IMG/VR virus record: IMGVR_UViG_3300033508_000303
Coordinates: 1-30,730 of that record
Reading direction: 5' to 3' (one strand)
DNA length: 30,730 nucleotides
Source: a virus
Lineage: Duplodnaviria; Caudoviricetes
Shown: positions 7,303 through 17,430 of the stretch, piece after piece
How positions within the stretch are numbered: the first letter of the stretch is position 1
How the letters are laid out: every line of letters begins with the position of its first letter
The notes under the pieces: model-generated
The model's database searches: none
Seen by the model: the letters and a program-made list of their open reading frames with translations, nothing else
Told to the model about the DNA's origin: nothing
Program-made: the position numbers and the translations under genes

Positions 7303-7601
7303 GATGCGGCCACCTCCAGGGTGATTTGGGTGTTGATGGCGGTATTGCTGGCCTCAATGCTGATGCCAGTGATGCGGCCTATGCACAGCGCACCGGTGGC
7401 GGCATCGGTGGCGCTGGCCAACTGGCCCAGCGCCAGGCCGGTGAGTGGTATGGTTTGCAGGGACATCTCGGTGATGGCGTGGGCATTGGCATCGAGCTCG
7501 GCGCGGGCGCGCTGCAGCAAAGCGGTGTCTGAGAGCAAGGGCTCAGTCACCACCTGGTCAGCACTGCGCAGGCCGTCGCCACGGTAGGCGGTAATCATCA
7601 T
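7299..7601 (-). CDS. Hypothetical tail protein (~100 aa)
   Basis: Start reassigned to ATG 7601 (MMITAYRGDG...), just after the upstream stop, which avoids a long overlap. Confidence 0.65.
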   Translation of the reverse strand: MMITAYRGDGLRSADQVVTEPLLSDTALLQRARAELDANAHAITEMSLQTIPLTGLALGQLASATDAATGALCIGRITGISIEASNTAINTQITLEVAAS

Positions 7602-7603
7602 GG

Positions 7604-8113
7604 TCAGGCGGGCCCTGCTGTGAGTAGCACCAGAATGCTGTAGTCGGTGCTGCCGCCCATGCTGGCCGGTGCGTCCAGACGGTAAATCAGAGCGTTTGCC
7701 GGGTAAGTGACTTGCGCCACAGCGACGCCCGCGCTGCCCGCAGTGCACGTGGTTTTGTCTGCCCCCAAACTGATGCTGCCCAGGCTGCGCCCCCACCAGG
7801 TGACAGCGCCAAGCGAGCCGCTGGCGGGCACGTCAAGGCTGGCGGTGGCTACACCTTCAAACGTCAGCTCTTGCGTCTGGCTGACCGTGGTGCTGCCAGC
7901 AGCGCTGATGGTACCGGCACTGCAGTCTGCGGCGGTAATGCGCAGGTTGTCTGACAAATAAGCCAGGATGTAGACACTGTCGCCAGGCTCAAAACTGGTC
8001 TTGCCGCCGTTGAGACCGGTGGCCCGGGAATCAACCTCAGCACTCATGTGATCGCTAGCGAGGGCGTCAGCACTGTCGCTGCCAAATTGGATTTTGATGG
8101 TGGCGTTGGCCAT
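7604..8113 (-). CDS. Hypothetical tail protein (169 aa)
   Basis: Ser/Thr/Ala/Gly-rich, beta-type composition. Fits the operon packing. Confidence 0.7.
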   Translation of the reverse strand: MANATIKIQFGSDSADALASDHMSAEVDSRATGLNGGKTSFEPGDSVYILAYLSDNLRITAADCSAGTISAAGSTTVSQTQELTFEGVATASLDVPASGSLGAVTWWGRSLGSISLGADKTTCTAGSAGVAVAQVTYPANALIYRLDAPASMGGSTDYSILVLLTAGPA

Positions 8114-8135
8114 AGTGGAGCTTTCTGGGCTAGGG

Positions 8136-9620
8136 TTATGCGTCGATCAGAATAAATTGCACTGTCTCAGCAGCGTTGTCCAATTGCACGCGCCATTGCA
8201 GGGCTGTGGTTTGGTAGCTGATACGCGCCAGGCTGTACCCAGGGGTAGCCGCAGTAATGCTGCCGACATCTGACGAGCTGATTTGTAACTCGCCTAGGTC
8301 GGCATGCTGCCAGGTGTGCGCGGTGATGGTGTCTGCCGGGTATTGAGAGCGGGTGGTACCGGCCACAAACTCAAGCAGTTCGGTCTCAGTGCGGGTCACG
8401 CTGCCTTGCGACTCAATGACCGTGCTGGGGTGGCCGCTGTGCACCAGCAGCACCGGACGCTGAATGCCCAGGCGGGCACGCACGGTACCCGCAGTGGGAG
8501 CACTGGCGGTGGTGTCGTCTGGCACCCACTCCAGGGTGTCGGTGCTGGCGGTAGGGTCTGCGCTGGCAGCGGTATTGGCCACTTGCACACGGTTAAACCC
8601 GCGCAGGGGTGCACCACGGGCGGTGCTGGCCAACAGCACAACATCACTCAAGGTATGGCTGCAAGCGGACAAGGTGTAGTCTGGCGGTGACACGGGGTGG
8701 CGCGCGCGCACCAGTATGCTGCCGTCTGGCTGCGACTCGATGACTGCGCCTACCGCGGCGGCAATGGTGCGCGCTGCAGCCAGGGGGGTGGCGTTGGCAA
8801 TGGCCAAAGCACCGGCGGGTACGGTCCAGTCTGGCAGGCTCCATTGCACCGGGCCAATCAAGTCTTGCACTGCGGCACTGGCCAAAACGGCGGCAGGGCG
8901 GCTAAAGTCTGCCGGGCCGCACCAGGGCGCATCCAGCCAGGCCAGTGGGCTTACAGCGGTAATGCTGTAGGTGGTGTCTTGCGGGTCTGGGCGCGTGCTG
9001 CTCATGGCATCGATGCGCAAGGCATAGCTGGCCAGCCCCAACGTCAGGGTGATGGCATCCCCCAACTGCATGGCAGTAAAGTCTGCCTGATCTTGCAGGG
9101 TGATGGCCGCCAGCCAGTGGGGGGTGAGCTCGTCGGCGCTCAACGTGGCAGACAAGATGGGCAGCGTGCGCCCGGCGTGTTGCACGGTGGGGGTGTTGGC
9201 TATGTTGTGTATGGCCGCGTCTTGCAGGTGCCACACGGCGCGGTGTCGTGCTGCAGCGCTGTGCACTGCAGTAATGCTGTAGCCGCTGTTGTGCAGCACA
9301 TGGGCTGCAGTCAGCAGGTGCCACGGGGTACGGTGAGCGCCGCTGACCAGGGTGTTACTTTGCCACGGGGCGCTGTGAGCACTGCAGGTTTTGGCCGCGT
9401 TTTGCCACTGCCCGCGATGCTTCTGCGCCAGGCTGATGCCCCACGGGGCGCGGTGCTTCTGCGCCAGGCTGATGCCCCACGGGGCGCGGTGCTTCTGCGC
9501 CAGGCTGATGCCCCACGGGGCGCGGTGCTGGCTGCGCACGGTGACAGCAAGAGGGCTGCTCGCAGGCGCAGCGCTTGCATAAGCCAGATGCAGGCTCAGG
9601 GCGGTTTGCAGGGTCAGCAT
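8136..9620 (-). CDS. Tail tip/hub-like protein with N-terminal H-x-x-P-W repeats (494 aa)
   Basis: Long ORF in the tail region. AAAVGAVIESQPDGSILVR resembles tail hub proteins. Function inferred. Confidence 0.65.
   Translation of the reverse strand: MLTLQTALSLHLAYASAAPASSPLAVTVRSQHRAPWGISLAQKHRAPWGISLAQKHRAPWGISLAQKHRGQWQNAAKTCSAHSAPWQSNTLVSGAHRTPWHLLTAAHVLHNSGYSITAVHSAAARHRAVWHLQDAAIHNIANTPTVQHAGRTLPILSATLSADELTPHWLAAITLQDQADFTAMQLGDAITLTLGLASYALRIDAMSSTRPDPQDTTYSITAVSPLAWLDAPWCGPADFSRPAAVLASAAVQDLIGPVQWSLPDWTVPAGALAIANATPLAAARTIAAAVGAVIESQPDGSILVRARHPVSPPDYTLSACSHTLSDVVLLASTARGAPLRGFNRVQVANTAASADPTASTDTLEWVPDDTTASAPTAGTVRARLGIQRPVLLVHSGHPSTVIESQGSVTRTETELLEFVAGTTRSQYPADTITAHTWQHADLGELQISSSDVGSITAATPGYSLARISYQTTALQWRVQLDNAAETVQFILIDA
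9421..9528. repeat. Perfect in-frame tandem repeat, 3 x 36 bp
   Basis: TTCTGCGCCAGGCTGATGCCCCACGGGGCGCGGTGC at 9421, 9457 and 9493 with no spacers. Encodes HRAPWGISLAQK. Confidence 0.97.
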
Positions 9621-9644
9621 GGCGTGGCTGGGTGAGACAAGGGG

Positions 9645-10472
9645 TTAGAGAATTTCAAAAATATTTGGCGAGCGCAGGGCAAAATAGCCAGTAGTGGTAT
9701 CCCCAAAAACACGCCAGCCCGGCTGTGCCACCTCGGCCCAGGCGTAGCCGTCAGTGGCTAACATCATGGCGTCAAGTTCCCCCATCACAGCGGGAGCGTG
9801 CACCGTATAGTCGTCATAGCTGTGACCTGTGGCGGGGTATATCGGGGCAACCATGCGCGGTAGCGTCGAGCCTGCCGGGCGTTTGGCAGATCGGTAGCCT
9901 AAAGGGGAGAACACTGTCAACTTGGCATTGGTCCCGCGCTCTGCAGTGCTTGCATTGGCGGCATAGGGCACGGCCATGCAGGGCCATGGAGGGCCGTAGC
10001 ATAAATTGACAATGCCATAGCGTGCCACCAGCCCGGTATGGGTATCGGCGGGATAGCGCCGCGATGAGACGCCCGCTGCCAAGGTGAGGACGAACCCGGC
10101 CTCTTCGTTAAGGGCAGCCATCCACCACCAACCAAGCCGAGTGTCGGCAGCAGCGTAAACGTTGGTGACCACAGTAGTTGGCATCATGATGGCAAAGGTT
10201 TCGGTTTTCTCCACGACTGAGCCGTCGTTTCGGCCGGTGTAGGCAAATGCGCTGACAGCGGTAGCCGCTGAGCCGCTGAATCCCCAGCAAGGTGTGTCGT
10301 CGGTTTGGTCGCCCATCTGAGCAAAAGCAGCCGCCCAGTGAAAATCATCTGCGTCGTTTTTCAGGATACGAGCGCCGTCCCATTCCAGACGCAGTTTGAA
10401 TTTGGCCAGAAAGGCGGCTAATGCAGTTGCATCAAGCCCACTCGCTGCGTAATTCTTGGTAATTCCAAACAT
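9645..10472 (-). CDS. Hypothetical virion protein (275 aa)
   Basis: AAGGAG RBS, fits the operon. No family recognised. Confidence 0.7.
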   Translation of the reverse strand: MFGITKNYAASGLDATALAAFLAKFKLRLEWDGARILKNDADDFHWAAAFAQMGDQTDDTPCWGFSGSAATAVSAFAYTGRNDGSVVEKTETFAIMMPTTVVTNVYAAADTRLGWWWMAALNEEAGFVLTLAAGVSSRRYPADTHTGLVARYGIVNLCYGPPWPCMAVPYAANASTAERGTNAKLTVFSPLGYRSAKRPAGSTLPRMVAPIYPATGHSYDDYTVHAPAVMGELDAMMLATDGYAWAEVAQPGWRVFGDTTTGYFALRSPNIFEIL

Positions 10473-10484
10473 GGTGGATCTCCT

Positions 10485-11486
10485 TTAAGCGCTTTCGCAG
10501 GTCCAAGCCCACGACGCACTGTTGCCGGTTAAAGAGGGGCAGTTGGCAGGCACGTCACGGCGCAGCCAGATGGGGATAGCTGCCGGGCTGGTAGTGAAGG
10601 TGATGGTGGCGCCCGCTACAAAGCTGCCGCCAAATGCGGTGCTTGGCAGGGTGAAATAAGGACCACCAGCACCAGCCGCGGTGGGGGCGGTGGTGCTGGT
10701 GGTGGTGCCGTTGCCGAGGCTGCCCAGTGTGTCGCCGCTGATCCCAAAGGCGGTGGGGCTGGTAAAGGTCAGGGTTACGTTTTGCAGCACCGTGCCAATG
10801 TTGTGCACCACAGGGGCTGTGAATGTGCCCGCAGTGCTGGTGATGACCGGCGCGGTGGCGCTGGCTTGCACGCTGGGCACCACATACACACCAGCCACAT
10901 ACGTCCCTGCGGCGTGGGCAGCAGTAGCGCCTGGTGCGCCCAAGGTGATGTTGATGCGGTCTGCCGCGTAGGCTACAGCGGCAATGGTGGCCCAGGTGGT
11001 GTTGGCGGCGTCGTCGTCATACGGTTGGTTGCTGATGCGAATAAGCTGGCCCGCACGCCAGGGCTGCAGGGCTGTGGCGCTGGCCATGTCTTCGGGCACC
11101 AGGCTGAGCGCGGTGGCCGCCGAGGCAATGGCTGCCAACAGCGTTGCGCCACCATAGTAGTCGGGGGTGCTGGCCAGCAGGGTGTCTTGCGTGTCGGTGT
11201 GGGTTCCGGGGCAAAAGTGCACCCAGTCTGCCCCCGGGGTGGTGGCGTTGAGATAGACACGGTTGTTGAGCGCAGCCACTTCTGCAGCGCTTGCCACGTG
11301 CAGGTGACGCTTGCGCCAGGTGGTCAGGCCCGCAATGCGCTGGGCTTGGGTAACGTTGGGAAAGTCGTTGTTGGCGGCGTTGTCTGCGCTGATGTTGCGC
11401 GTCATGCGCCCGCCGTTTTGTGCCGGGGTGGTGCCGCTGGCAAGGGCGGGAGTGCGCCAGATGAGTTCGGTGCTTTGGATAGGCAT
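10485..11486 (-). CDS. Putative tail structural protein (333 aa)
   Basis: NGGRM...NNDFPNVTQAQRIAGLTTWRK N-terminus and AIPIWLRRDVPA C-terminus, as in phage tail proteins. Thr/Ala-rich. Confidence 0.75.
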   Translation of the reverse strand: MPIQSTELIWRTPALASGTTPAQNGGRMTRNISADNAANNDFPNVTQAQRIAGLTTWRKRHLHVASAAEVAALNNRVYLNATTPGADWVHFCPGTHTDTQDTLLASTPDYYGGATLLAAIASAATALSLVPEDMASATALQPWRAGQLIRISNQPYDDDAANTTWATIAAVAYAADRINITLGAPGATAAHAAGTYVAGVYVVPSVQASATAPVITSTAGTFTAPVVHNIGTVLQNVTLTFTSPTAFGISGDTLGSLGNGTTTSTTAPTAAGAGGPYFTLPSTAFGGSFVAGATITFTTSPAAIPIWLRRDVPANCPSLTGNSASWAWTCESA

Positions 11487-11505
11487 GATGGGTTTGTGGG
11501 TTGGG

Positions 11506-11886
11506 TTAGACGGTGATCAGGCGCAGGGTGAGCAGATATGGGTGCGTGGGGCCTGGGTTGGCAATGTTGACTGCCGGGGTGGCTGCCAGCGCGGGCGGTG
11601 TGTGATGGGCAAACATGACCTGGTAAGAGGTGTCTCGCAAGACCAGGGTGTAGGTGGCCCCGGGGACGGCAGCCAGTGCGGCCAGGGCTTGCACGGTGGC
11701 CAGCGGCACCCAGCCAGCGTCTGCCTCGCTTTGCAGGGTGATGGAACGCCCTGCCTGCAATGCGGCGTGGTACACCACCAGGCCACCAGACAGGGTGCGG
11801 CGCACGCTTTGGGCCACGGTCGCGGGCTCAAATTCGTCCACCCAAACGAGGCCAGGAGGCAAGACTATTGAATTTAGGGTATTCAT
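11506..11886 (-). CDS. Distal-tail-like protein (126 aa)
   Basis: LVWVDEF...VAQSVRRTLSGGLVV...GRSITL pattern, close downstream of the tape measure gene. Confidence 0.7.
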   Translation of the reverse strand: MNTLNSIVLPPGLVWVDEFEPATVAQSVRRTLSGGLVVYHAALQAGRSITLQSEADAGWVPLATVQALAALAAVPGATYTLVLRDTSYQVMFAHHTPPALAATPAVNIANPGPTHPYLLTLRLITV

Positions 11887-11890
11887 TTTT

Positions 11891-14101
11891 TTATATCCTT
11901 ACCGTCATCTTCGATGGGTATGAAGTTGTGCTTATGGAAGGAACTATGCCGTTTCCGGCTAAATACGGCACATCTGTTAAATATGTTCCAAAAACACGAA
12001 ACTCAACATAAGGATTAAAGTCATCAATACTGTTTAAGGTGTAGTACTCTGGCAACTCACTTTCCATAATCTGAGTGACATAGTCCAATACTTTGCTTTT
12101 GAGATCAGCCAGGGATGACCAGTAGTCACAATTTATAACCATTGCGTAATCTCTAAGAGTAAATGGCACAGAGTTAAGTATTACCCTGTAACTCTGTCCG
12201 TCTATAGCAACTTTTATCATATCTCCAGGAACTCCCAATACAGAATTTATTTCTGCCCACGTGAATTCCCTGCTCCTGTTAACAACTTCAGGGGGGTAAT
12301 CGGGAGGTTGTTCGTAGGTGCACATTGCAAGTACATAAATAACGTAATCAGGGCCAATTTTTTGATACGTAGAATCAACTTGATGTATAGCGCACGGCTC
12401 CTTATAGCCAACAATAACGCCAGTAGAGTCAACAGTTGGAGCCGCCCAGTACGGTAAGACATTTGCTGGTAAATCGTTGGCGGGTACGTACCCTAAAGAT
12501 TGGGTAATACCATTATCCCCATCTCTAATGTCTTGCAGAATTCCGGATATTGTGCTTGGATTCATGGTGTAATTAAAATCCATACCAAAAGGCGCGGTAG
12601 TTACAACATAAGAACCATCGGTATTGGTAATGAAATCCACGTCATTCAGGACGCCTGGCACGTCGGATTGAATGATGCTATTCATGGCCATAAAAACGTA
12701 GTATTTAACCGTGCTGGCTGGTGGTGAATGCAATGTGAGAGGTGCTCCAAACACGTTGCCGGTAAAGCTGTACCTAAACCAAAAATCAAAGGTGGTGTTA
12801 TTTGTAAAACTAATGGTATACATTGCACCTATACCACTGATGATTCGCATGTGCTCTACTTTGCAACTGTAGTCAATACCGGGTCTGGCGATTTTTACTC
12901 CGGATCGCTCATACGTTACAAGTCCGGTTGTTTCCCCTGGTACATACACACCCAAAGAATCTGTCAAGTACCACGCAGGTCTGCCACTGAAAGAGCCGTC
13001 TCTCAATGCATAACTCGACATCAGTAAATTGTCTGCAGTTATTAGTATGCCATTTGGGTATTTATCAAGTCGCATTCTTAGATGAATGCACTTAACGCGA
13101 ATAGTCCAGCTTCCCCAAGTTGGTATTTTTAATGCATTATAAATAATGTGTTGAAAACCTTTTACACCTATTGGCCCATCTGTATTTGTAGGGTACAGCA
13201 AGACATTTGATACATCGGCCTCAAAAACACTTGACAAGTCTGAGTAATGCCAAACAACCTCTTCGGTAAGCGTATTGATATATTCGGTAACAAATACAGC
13301 TTCAAAATGTGATTCAGCACCTATACGATAACCAGTTGCTGAAAAATCGTCTGACGAGGACGAAGAGCTTTCATAGTCGGTAAGGGTTATGCCACTTGGT
13401 ATAGTTGGTGTCTGGATGGCGGCTCTAACTATTTCATAAAGCTGCGCAACAGAAAAATCCAGCATACCCCATAGCTGGTTGGGGGTTATGCTTGGGTGCA
13501 AACAAAGGTAATCTTGATATTCAGGCGTTACTTTGTCGCCATCATAAAATTCACCGTAAATCTCCAATAGGTAGTTGTCATTGCCATAGGGGAACCATGT
13601 CACGGTAAAAGCATCTTCAAGAAACACTTCGCGAGGCACAGGCGGGCAGTCGGTGGGTTCGTCGTCGTCACCATCATCTGGGTCTGTGTTGTTTGGGCTA
13701 AAAGACACAGACACCTGAGCGGTTGGCCTGCTTTTTGACGAGAGCGCGGTGGTCGTGGCGCTGGTGGTTTTGCCTTTGTGGCTGGTATTGACGCGAACCT
13801 CTATGCCTTTTGGTGCGGGTGGTGTTAGCGGGTTGCCGGCCAAGCACGCGGCATAGGCTGCTGCGGCTTGCTCTGTGACAGTAGAGGTGCTTTGGCCAGC
13901 TATAACCTCCTCAACCAGCTGGCGGGCTGCAAAGTTGTAGCGCGCGCCATAAACCCACTCCCAGTTGGCGTTGGCCCAGGGTATTGCCCAGGTCGTGCAG
14001 GGATCGACATACGTGGCGCTTTTCTCAATCAGGTCGGCAAGGATTCGGTCGTAATTGCACTCGCGAATTTTGACGGTGACGGCAGAGGTGGTTTTTGTCA
14101 T
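11891..14101 (-). CDS. Hypothetical protein (736 aa) with low-GC C-terminal region
   Basis: Long ORF coupled to the tape measure stop (TAATG). Tyr/Thr/Val/Asp-rich. No family recognised. Confidence 0.75.
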   Translation of the reverse strand: MTKTTSAVTVKIRECNYDRILADLIEKSATYVDPCTTWAIPWANANWEWVYGARYNFAARQLVEEVIAGQSTSTVTEQAAAAYAACLAGNPLTPPAPKGIEVRVNTSHKGKTTSATTTALSSKSRPTAQVSVSFSPNNTDPDDGDDDEPTDCPPVPREVFLEDAFTVTWFPYGNDNYLLEIYGEFYDGDKVTPEYQDYLCLHPSITPNQLWGMLDFSVAQLYEIVRAAIQTPTIPSGITLTDYESSSSSSDDFSATGYRIGAESHFEAVFVTEYINTLTEEVVWHYSDLSSVFEADVSNVLLYPTNTDGPIGVKGFQHIIYNALKIPTWGSWTIRVKCIHLRMRLDKYPNGILITADNLLMSSYALRDGSFSGRPAWYLTDSLGVYVPGETTGLVTYERSGVKIARPGIDYSCKVEHMRIISGIGAMYTISFTNNTTFDFWFRYSFTGNVFGAPLTLHSPPASTVKYYVFMAMNSIIQSDVPGVLNDVDFITNTDGSYVVTTAPFGMDFNYTMNPSTISGILQDIRDGDNGITQSLGYVPANDLPANVLPYWAAPTVDSTGVIVGYKEPCAIHQVDSTYQKIGPDYVIYVLAMCTYEQPPDYPPEVVNRSREFTWAEINSVLGVPGDMIKVAIDGQSYRVILNSVPFTLRDYAMVINCDYWSSLADLKSKVLDYVTQIMESELPEYYTLNSIDDFNPYVEFRVFGTYLTDVPYLAGNGIVPSISTTSYPSKMTVRI

Positions 14102-17100
14102 TACCCGCCCCGGGATAAGTCACGCAAGGCGCTGGCCAGTGCCTGCGCGGTGGCTCGGCTGCCTTGCAGGGGCAGGGTTTGGCTGCCAATGCGCAGGTTG
14201 ATGTCAACACTGTCACGCGCGGCTGAGCTGGTGGTGTCTGACAGGCCTGCCAAGCCTGGTATGAGACCGCCAGTGGCCAGGGCCAGGGGCGCGGGCATGA
14301 GTGCTGCAGGCAGGTGGCCAATGTTGAGGGCGTCAAACAGGGTTTGGCCAAAGCGGCGCACGCTGGCGGCGCGGATGACGTATTCGCCCGGGCTCAGCAG
14401 CGCGGGGATGTTGTCGCTGGTGTCGCTGCCGGGGCCGCTGATGCGCCCGCTGGCACGGCCCCAGGCGGCGCTGGCCAGGGCTTGCCCACCGCTGGCCAGG
14501 CGCTGCAGGCTGCCTGCCAGGCCGCCCAAGGCGTTTTGCTCGACCTTGCGCACGCGAATGGTGTGGGTGCTGTAGGTGTTGCGCTCAAGCTCGCGAATGG
14601 CGGCGTCTGCACGGTTGGTGTCGGGCCTAACGGTGTGGGTGTGGGTGGTGGGGCGGCTCAGGGTGGTGCGCGCGTCTGCGGCAAAGGCGTTGAGCTGGCT
14701 TTGGGCAGCGCTGAAGTCTGCAGTGGCGGGCAGGTTGATGTTGGTCTGCTGCACCAGGGCTTGCAATGCGGCAATGCCGCTGGCAACCTGGCTGGTGTCG
14801 GCCTCTACTTTGGCCAGCAGGGTGAGGTTGTCAAGGTCGCTTTGCAGCGCGGCAATGCTGGTTTTGGCTTGCGCGGTGTCGGTCTGGATGGTGGCCAGCA
14901 GGGTGGCAGCCTGCAGCGTGCTCTGGATTTCGGCAATGCCTTGGCGGGCGGCGTCGGTGTTGACGCTGATGGTGAGTTTGCCCTGCTCTGCCAGGGCTTG
15001 GCGCAGGCTGGTGATCTCGGCGGTAACGCCCGCGAGTGCGCTCTTGGCCTGTTCTGCGCCCTGCCCTGCTGCTGTGCCTGCTGCAGTGTGGCTGGCAGCC
15101 AGTTTGGCCAGGGCTTGGTCTGCAATGTCGGCGCTTTCGCGCATTTCGTGCGTGGCCTTGACGCTGGCCATGCCTTGGCTTTGGATGACTTCGGTGGTTT
15201 TTTGGCCGTTGTTTTCTACGGTGCGGGTTACCTCGGTGGCGTTGCGCTCGATGAGGCCAAGGGTTTCTTCGGCCAGTTTGCGGGCGCGCTCAAAGTCGCC
15301 TTTGGACAGGGCTTCGCGGGCTTGGGCCTGCTTTTCGTCGATCTGCTTTTGCTGGTCTGCCAGGGCAGCACCGGCATCCATGCCTTTTTGCAGCAGGGCG
15401 CGTATGCGGTCTTCTACTGAGAGCTTGAGGTTGTAGCGGGCCTCTTCTGCTGACTTGGCGGCCTGCAGGTGGCGCTGCTCTTCAGCAATGAGCTTGTCTA
15501 CCGTGCTGCGGTAGGCGCTGGCGATTTGGTCATAGCTGGCCACCTTTTGCTGCACCATGTCGCGGTGGACGGCTGTAGTGCGGTCTGCGGCAGATTTTTC
15601 GGCGGCTTCGATGCCAGTGCCTGCGTCGCGGGCGGCTTGAATTTCGGCCTCGCCAGCGGCGCGGGCCAGGTCCATGGCGGCGTTGTAGGTTTTTTCCCAG
15701 GCGCTGTTGGCTTGGTCTGCGGCTGACCTTACGGCCTGCAGTTTGTTTTGTTCGGCTTGCAACAGGGCTTGGGTGGTGCGGGCAATGGCATCTGCCTCGC
15801 TGCGGGCGGCTTTTTGCGCGGCTTGCACCTGGGCTTGGTAGCTGGCGTCTATTTGGCTGGTGCGGCCTTTGAGCTCAGTCAAGATGTCTGAGCCCACTTG
15901 TTTATAAGCGGCGCTGAGATTTTTGATGGTGCCTGCCGCGCGGGTGACTTGATCCGAGAGCGCAGCGCGGATCTGTTCGCCCACCACGACGGCGGTTTGC
16001 CCGACTTGCCCCAGGGTGGTGGCTATGGCGGGCAGGTTGTCGCGCACCTTTTGGGCAGACAAGGCGGCCAGATCAAGCTGGGTTTGTAGACTGAGGGCGC
16101 CGTTGGCATTGAGCTCGTTGGCAGCGCGCACCAGCAGGGCGGTTTCTGCAGCGCCTTTTTTGGCGGTGTCGGTCAGGCGGGCGGTGTCTTCATTGGCTTG
16201 TTTGACACTGGCACCAAATTCAAAAAACCGGATGGCGGCATAGGCTGCACCAGCCAGGGTGGCGGTGCGCCACAGGGCGCCCATTTTGCCCAGGCTGGTG
16301 GCAAATGACGCCACTGCCAGCACGGCCCGTGCGCCAAAAGCCAGCAGGATGATCTTGCCGAGCTCGGTGACGATCGGGATCAGTGTTTTGCCATTGCTGG
16401 CTATGGACAGCAGGGCGTCTGCCAGGCTTTGCATGGCAGGCAGGGCTGCCGCAACGATCTGGGTGGCAATGCCCTTGAGGGCCTGGCCAGCGGTGTGCAG
16501 GGTGTCGTTGAACTGGGCGGCGGCGGCGGCGGTGGGGCCGTCAATCTCCACCCCAAGCTCGCGGTATTTTTGCTTGAGTGCTTCGATGCCGTCGCGGCCT
16601 TGGTTCAGGAACGGGATCATGTCTACCCCGGCTTTGCCAAACAGCTCCATGGCCAGGGCGCTTTTTTGCGCACCGTCTGGCATGCTTTTGAATTGTTCGG
16701 CCAGGTCAAGCAGCACGTCTTCGGTGGGGCGCATTTGACCGGCTGCATTTTTGACACTAACGCCCAGGCGCGCAAAGGCTGCAGCACTGGCCCCGCTGCC
16801 ACTGGCTGCGCCCACCATGTTTTGGGCCAGTTTGGCCAGTCCTTTGCCAAAGCCGTCTACGCTGACGCCTTCATGCTCTGCAGCAGCGCCCAGAGTGCTG
16901 AGCGATTCGGCACCGATGCCGGTTTTTTGCGCCATTTCGTCCAGGCGATCCATGCTGTCGAGCACGGCGCGGCCAAAAGCTACCAGGGCGGTAACGGCTA
17001 CCGCTGCACCCAGGTCGCCCAAAGCGGTGCTGGTTTCTTTGCGCAGGCGGTCTATGCCTTGGGATGCTGAGGTCAGCGCGGCTTTGGTTTTGTCAACCGC

Positions 17101-17136
17101 GCTGATGATGATCTCGACGTTGTTTTGGGCAGCCAT
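14101..17136 (-). CDS. Tail tape measure protein (1011 aa)
   Basis: Ala/Gln-rich helical protein following the tail chaperone. AMELFGKAG motif. C-terminal GPGSDTSDNIPALLSPGEYVIRAASVRRFG. Confidence 0.93.
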   Translation of the reverse strand: MAAQNNVEIIISAVDKTKAALTSASQGIDRLRKETSTALGDLGAAVAVTALVAFGRAVLDSMDRLDEMAQKTGIGAESLSTLGAAAEHEGVSVDGFGKGLAKLAQNMVGAASGSGASAAAFARLGVSVKNAAGQMRPTEDVLLDLAEQFKSMPDGAQKSALAMELFGKAGVDMIPFLNQGRDGIEALKQKYRELGVEIDGPTAAAAAQFNDTLHTAGQALKGIATQIVAAALPAMQSLADALLSIASNGKTLIPIVTELGKIILLAFGARAVLAVASFATSLGKMGALWRTATLAGAAYAAIRFFEFGASVKQANEDTARLTDTAKKGAAETALLVRAANELNANGALSLQTQLDLAALSAQKVRDNLPAIATTLGQVGQTAVVVGEQIRAALSDQVTRAAGTIKNLSAAYKQVGSDILTELKGRTSQIDASYQAQVQAAQKAARSEADAIARTTQALLQAEQNKLQAVRSAADQANSAWEKTYNAAMDLARAAGEAEIQAARDAGTGIEAAEKSAADRTTAVHRDMVQQKVASYDQIASAYRSTVDKLIAEEQRHLQAAKSAEEARYNLKLSVEDRIRALLQKGMDAGAALADQQKQIDEKQAQAREALSKGDFERARKLAEETLGLIERNATEVTRTVENNGQKTTEVIQSQGMASVKATHEMRESADIADQALAKLAASHTAAGTAAGQGAEQAKSALAGVTAEITSLRQALAEQGKLTISVNTDAARQGIAEIQSTLQAATLLATIQTDTAQAKTSIAALQSDLDNLTLLAKVEADTSQVASGIAALQALVQQTNINLPATADFSAAQSQLNAFAADARTTLSRPTTHTHTVRPDTNRADAAIRELERNTYSTHTIRVRKVEQNALGGLAGSLQRLASGGQALASAAWGRASGRISGPGSDTSDNIPALLSPGEYVIRAASVRRFGQTLFDALNIGHLPAALMPAPLALATGGLIPGLAGLSDTTSSAARDSVDINLRIGSQTLPLQGSRATAQALASALRDLSRGG

Positions 17137-17154
17137 GGTGCAAGGGTGGTGGGG

Positions 17155-17430
17155 TTAAGGGGCTGTGGCGTCGATGTGTTTTTGCAAGGTCTTGGTGTCT
17201 GCGTGCAGGGCCAGGCGCAGGTGGATCAGGGTTTGCAGTTGGCGGTGTTGGTCCAGGGCATGGGCGGCGGCACTGTAAATGCGGATCTGGGCCAGGGTGT
17301 AGCCTAGGATGTCGGGGTAACGGTGCCCGGCGCGGGTGAGCCCGGTGATGGTTTGAGCCAGGTGCTGCTGGAGCTGCTCAGGCGTGTTTGCGCCTGCTCT
17401 AGCCGGGGTAGCACCTGGTGGGTAAAAAAA
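17155..17430 (-). CDS. gpT-like portion of tail assembly chaperone, reached by -1 frameshift
   Basis: Open -1 frame without ATG from the T7 run (17424-17430) to TAA at 17155: ...LTRAGHRYPDILGYTLAQIRIY...IDATAP*. Confidence 0.75.
   Translation of the reverse strand, partial: FFYPPGATPARAGANTPEQLQQHLAQTITGLTRAGHRYPDILGYTLAQIRIYSAAAHALDQHRQLQTLIHLRLALHADTKTLQKHIDATAP

Noticed and set aside
9421-9528. 36-bp repeats as a CRISPR array
   Set aside because: The units are directly adjacent with no spacers, lie in frame within a CDS, and no cas genes are present.
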